NCBI GenBank assembly: GCA_965218435.1
Contig: CBDCKW010000009.1
Coordinates: 1,248,001 to 1,312,000 of the forward strand
Direction: 5' to 3'
Length of the DNA stretch: 64,000 nt
Origin: Truepera sp.
Lineage (GTDB): Bacteria > Deinococcota > Deinococci > Deinococcales > Trueperaceae
Shown here: positions 60,756 to 64,000 of the stretch, in pieces
Position numbering within the stretch: the first letter of the stretch is position 1
How the letters are laid out: every line of letters begins with the position of its first letter
Program-made: the position numbers and the translations under genes
The notes under the pieces: model-generated
Database searches by the model: none
What the model was told of the DNA's origin: nothing
The model's input: the letters and a program-made list of their open reading frames with translations, nothing else

Positions 60756-62096
60756 CTAATACTCCGCCAGATAAGTTTGCAATTCCCACTCGTGAACCGC
60801 GACGCGGTAGGCGTCGAACTCTTGGCGTTTGGCGTCAATAAAGTGCGTGTAGGTGTGCTCGCCTAACGCCGCCTTCATCACGGGGTCTTTCTCGAGCGCC
60901 GAGATCGCTTCACTCAGCGTACCGGGCAACTCTTTAATCTTGTGCTTGCGGCGGTCACGGACGCTCATCTGGTAGATGTTGCGCTGAATCGGCGGCGGCG
61001 GCGTGAGTTTGTTTTCTACGCCGTCCATCCCCGCCGCCATCATCGCAGTCAGGGCCAGGTAAGGGTTACACGACGGGTCGGGCATCCGCAGTTCGCTCCT
61101 CGTGCCGACGCCGCGCCGCGCCGGAATCCGGATCATGGCCGAGCGGTTCGAGGCGGACCAGGCGATGTTGGTCGGCGCTTCAAACCCCGGGGTCAAACGC
61201 TTGTACGAGTTGACGGTCGGGTTGGTCAGCGCGACCATCCCTTCGGCGTGCTCCAAGAGTCCTGCAATCCAGTTGAGAGCTGTTTTAGAGAGCTGATACT
61301 CGGCGTTCTCATCAAAGAAGGCGTTTTTACCGTTCTTAAAGAGCGACAGGTGTGTGTGCATCCCCGAGCCGTTGATGCCGCCGACCGGTTTGGGCATAAA
61401 GGTGGCGTGCAGGTTGTGTTTGACCGCGATGCGTTTAACGATCAGCTTAAAGGTGGCGATGCTGTCGGCTGTTGTGAGCGCATCTTCGTACTTAAAGTCA
61501 ATTTCGTGCTGACCCGGCGCGACCTCGTGGTGCGCCGCTTCGATCTCAAACCCCATCTCGACGAGCGCATTGACCATATCGCGCCGCGCCTCTTCGCCGT
61601 TATCAACCGGCGCGAGGTCAAAGTAACCGGCCGCGTCGTGCGTCAGGGTCGTCGGGCGGCCTTCGTGGTCGCGCCAGAAGAGGAAAAACTCGGGTTCGGG
61701 ACCGGCGTAAAGGTCATCGAAACCCATCTTTTTAAGCTTTTCAATCTGCCTTTTAAGGACCTGACGTGGGTCGCCGGGGAAGGGGCTGTCGTCGGGGCGG
61801 GCGATGTCGCAGATCAGCCGCGCGACGCGGCCCCGTTCGTTGCCCTCGACAATGGTGGGAAAGATCAAAAAGGTGTCGAAGTCGGGTTTTAAGAGCATGT
61901 CGGACTCTTCGATCCGGGTAAACCCTTCAATCGAGGAGCCGTCGAACATGATCTCGCCGTCTAGTGCTTTGTCGAACTGCGAGGTAGGCAGCTCGATATT
62001 TTTATTCATCCCCATGATGTCGGTAAACTGCAAACGCAAAAACTTGACGTTTTCTTGCTCGAGTATCTGCCTAATCTCAGACTGTGAATAAGCCAT
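60756..62096 (-). CDS. glnA: Glutamine synthetase type I-alpha
   Basis: [46 protein letters not shown] and NRSAMIRIP; 446 aa with no beta insertion. Confidence 0.96.
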   Translation of the reverse strand: MAYSQSEIRQILEQENVKFLRLQFTDIMGMNKNIELPTSQFDKALDGEIMFDGSSIEGFTRIEESDMLLKPDFDTFLIFPTIVEGNERGRVARLICDIARPDDSPFPGDPRQVLKRQIEKLKKMGFDDLYAGPEPEFFLFWRDHEGRPTTLTHDAAGYFDLAPVDNGEEARRDMVNALVEMGFEIEAAHHEVAPGQHEIDFKYEDALTTADSIATFKLIVKRIAVKHNLHATFMPKPVGGINGSGMHTHLSLFKNGKNAFFDENAEYQLSKTALNWIAGLLEHAEGMVALTNPTVNSYKRLTPGFEAPTNIAWSASNRSAMIRIPARRGVGTRSELRMPDPSCNPYLALTAMMAAGMDGVENKLTPPPPIQRNIYQMSVRDRRKHKIKELPGTLSEAISALEKDPVMKAALGEHTYTHFIDAKRQEFDAYRVAVHEWELQTYLAEY

Positions 62097-62128
62097 ATAA
62101 CCTCCTACCGGCCGAGCCGGATGTGCTC

Positions 62129-62158
62129 AATATGACGTACGTTTTGGGGTAATGTCAA
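62129..62158 (-). promoter_or_regulatory. Sigma70-type promoter for GSI-alpha
   Basis: Minus strand TTGACA-N18-CATATT, upstream of the RBS AGGAGG. Confidence 0.5.
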
Positions 62159-62385
62159 CTCAAAGCCCGAGTTGGTGACAAGAATTGGGAACACTCGAGC
62201 CAATTTTGCTTTACAAAGCTGTGAGTAACCCCAGCAACGCGGGTTCACTTTACAAGATAACACTATAGTAAGGTGCTTCAAAGACTAGATTCGACAAATG
62301 AACTATTTTTAGCAGCGTTTCCTAACACAAATGTCAAAAATGTGCAAGTTGTTAGCTAAAACCTGAGCAAAGTTACCAAAGCGTG

Positions 62386-62414
62386 TTGACACTTTACTGA
62401 CCCCGACATAAACT
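62386..62414 (+). promoter_or_regulatory. Sigma70-type promoter for GSI-beta
   Basis: TTGACA-N17-TAAACT. Confidence 0.75.
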
Positions 62415-62466
62415 TGGAACAGTTTGCAGAGGTGCTGCAATACTCGCCGCAACCAGAAAGGTCTCT

Positions 62467-63873
62467 ATGTTCGAAACTCCAGCAGAAGCCCTGACTTTCA
62501 CTGAAGAACAAAATGTCGCCTTTATTGACGTCCGTTTTACCGACGTACCGGGGCGGTGGCAGCACTTCAGCATTCCGGCGCACGCGCTAGACGAAGACGT
62601 GTTTGATGAAGGTTTAGGGTTCGACGGCTCGTCCATTCAGGGTTTTCAGGGGATCGAAGCCTCCGATATGCTCCTTTTGCTCGACCCCAGCAGCGCGTTT
62701 ATAGACCCGTTTATGCAGCATAAAACGCTCGTGTTCGTGGCCGGGGTCAAAGACCCGGTAACCGGTGAACTCTACGGGAAAGACCCGCGTGGGGTGGCGA
62801 TTCGCGCTGAAGCGTACCTTGAACAAACAGGGTTTGCCGACACCAGCTTTATGGGACCTGAAGCTGAATTTTTTGTCTTCGACGCGGTGTCGTTTAGCAG
62901 CGACCCCTTTAACTACGGTTACCGCGTGTTGGCAGACGAGGCGCATACCGACGGTGACACGTTAGGCGACGGTCACTGGATTCGGCCTAAATCGGGGTAT
63001 TTTCCGGTGCCACCTTCGGATAAAACGCAGGATTTGCGCGCGGTGATGGTGCAGACGCTCGAGGCGCTCAATATCGAGATCGAACTGCACCACCACGAGG
63101 TCGCGACGGCGCAGCACGAGATTGATATCAAGTTCGACAAACTGACCCGCGTCGCCGACAAGCTCATGACCTACAAGTACGTCGTTAAAAATGTGGCGGC
63201 GCAGGCGGGTAAAACGGCGACCTTTATGCCGAAGCCCATTTTTGGGGATAACGGCTCGGGGATGCATACGCACCAGTCGCTCTGGCAGGGTGGCGAACCG
63301 CTTTTTTACGATCAAGACGGCTACGCCGGACTTTCTAAAATGGCGATGCACTACGTGGCCGGGCTTTTAACGCACGGCCCGGCGTTGTCTGCGCTTACGA
63401 ACCCAACCGTTAACTCGTACCGTCGGCTCGTGCCCGGTTACGAAGCGCCGGTCAACCTGATCATCTCGGCGCGGAACCGTTCGGCCATCGTGCGCGTGCC
63501 GATGTACTCAGAGTCACCCAAAGCCAAACGCGTTGAATACCGTGCCCCCGACCCGAGCGCGAACCCCTACTTAGCCTTTGCCGCCATGCTGATGGCCGGT
63601 CTCGACGGGATCAAACGCGAACTGCAACCCCCGACCCCGGTGGACAAAAACCTCTACTCGCTCTCAGCCCGTGAAGCGCGGCGAATTCGTAAGTTGCCCA
63701 AGAGCCTCGACGAGGCGATTGAGGCCCTCGAGCGCGACCACGACTTTTTGCTCGAGGGGGGCGTCTTTACCGAAGACCTGTTAGAGAGTTACTTAGACCT
63801 TAAACGCGACGAGGCGGACATGGCCCGGTTGCGGCCCAGCCCTATCGAATACACCATGTACTACGACATCTAA
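62467..63873 (+). CDS. glnA: Glutamine synthetase type I-beta
   Basis: FDGSSIQGF, GPEAEFF followed by the beta-type insertion, GYFPVPP.D, GDNGSGMH, PGYEAP, and adenylylation-loop Tyr in DKNLYSL. Confidence 0.96.
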   Translation: MFETPAEALTFTEEQNVAFIDVRFTDVPGRWQHFSIPAHALDEDVFDEGLGFDGSSIQGFQGIEASDMLLLLDPSSAFIDPFMQHKTLVFVAGVKDPVTGELYGKDPRGVAIRAEAYLEQTGFADTSFMGPEAEFFVFDAVSFSSDPFNYGYRVLADEAHTDGDTLGDGHWIRPKSGYFPVPPSDKTQDLRAVMVQTLEALNIEIELHHHEVATAQHEIDIKFDKLTRVADKLMTYKYVVKNVAAQAGKTATFMPKPIFGDNGSGMHTHQSLWQGGEPLFYDQDGYAGLSKMAMHYVAGLLTHGPALSALTNPTVNSYRRLVPGYEAPVNLIISARNRSAIVRVPMYSESPKAKRVEYRAPDPSANPYLAFAAMLMAGLDGIKRELQPPTPVDKNLYSLSAREARRIRKLPKSLDEAIEALERDHDFLLEGGVFTEDLLESYLDLKRDEADMARLRPSPIEYTMYYDI

Positions 63874-63921
63874 GTACTGTGACATCCAAGTATCGTGACG
63901 TCTGAGTACTAAGGCATCTGG
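63858..63921 (+). repeat. Degenerate 16-bp tandem repeat x4
   Basis: GTACTACGACATCTAA / GTACTGTGACATCCAA / GTATCGTGACGTCTGA / GTACTAAGGCATCTGG. Confidence 0.75.
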
Positions 63922-64000
63922 GTACGGTTTATGAGAACGCGCCTCGAGCCCATCACCCAAACCCAGCTGAGATGAGACGAGTTGCGCCGCTTGGCAGTCG

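Noticed and set aside
60942..61892. 316-aa plus-strand ORF (similarly 11582..12334 and 49130..49834)
   Set aside because: Antisense shadows of glnA, gyrA and sulP, expected from GC-rich codon bias; no motifs.

Overview
Ordinary chromosomal window (GC roughly 55-60% by eye) from a Deinococcota bacterium, most plausibly Truepera-like. The taxon call is inference from an LdrP-type Crp regulator, a TmpR-type SDR, a Deinococcus-type L31, a Deinococcus-type small non-coding repeat and many leaderless genes (TANNNT 5-7 nt before the start codon). Core genes include divIVA-yggS-punA, bamA, gyrA, rpmE, moeA, icd, prfA, darA, yebC, a J-protein-hspR pair, ruvC, two divergent type I glutamine synthetases, and a glgE-treS/maltokinase locus with a divergent giant GH13. 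Mobile DNA comprises an intact IS4-family element (9-bp TSD), a decayed IS200-type element, an IS982-like remnant, two MITE-like elements (one splits a lipoprotein gene) and one small repeat. I found no CRISPR array, rRNA, tRNA or prophage, and no unmistakable new large system. The best leads are: strong over-representation of the palindrome CTCGAG; an AraC + stand-alone B3/4 editing domain + LysE cassette (candidate amino-acid-analogue resistance); two uncalled small ORFs (membrane peptide plus Zn-finger-like peptide); a low-GC HEPN-like orphan; a structured leader upstream of a small ORF near darA; and a stop-codon-overlapping terminator/antiterminator upstream of a formaldehyde dehydrogenase. 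All family assignments are from recalled motifs, with no database search.
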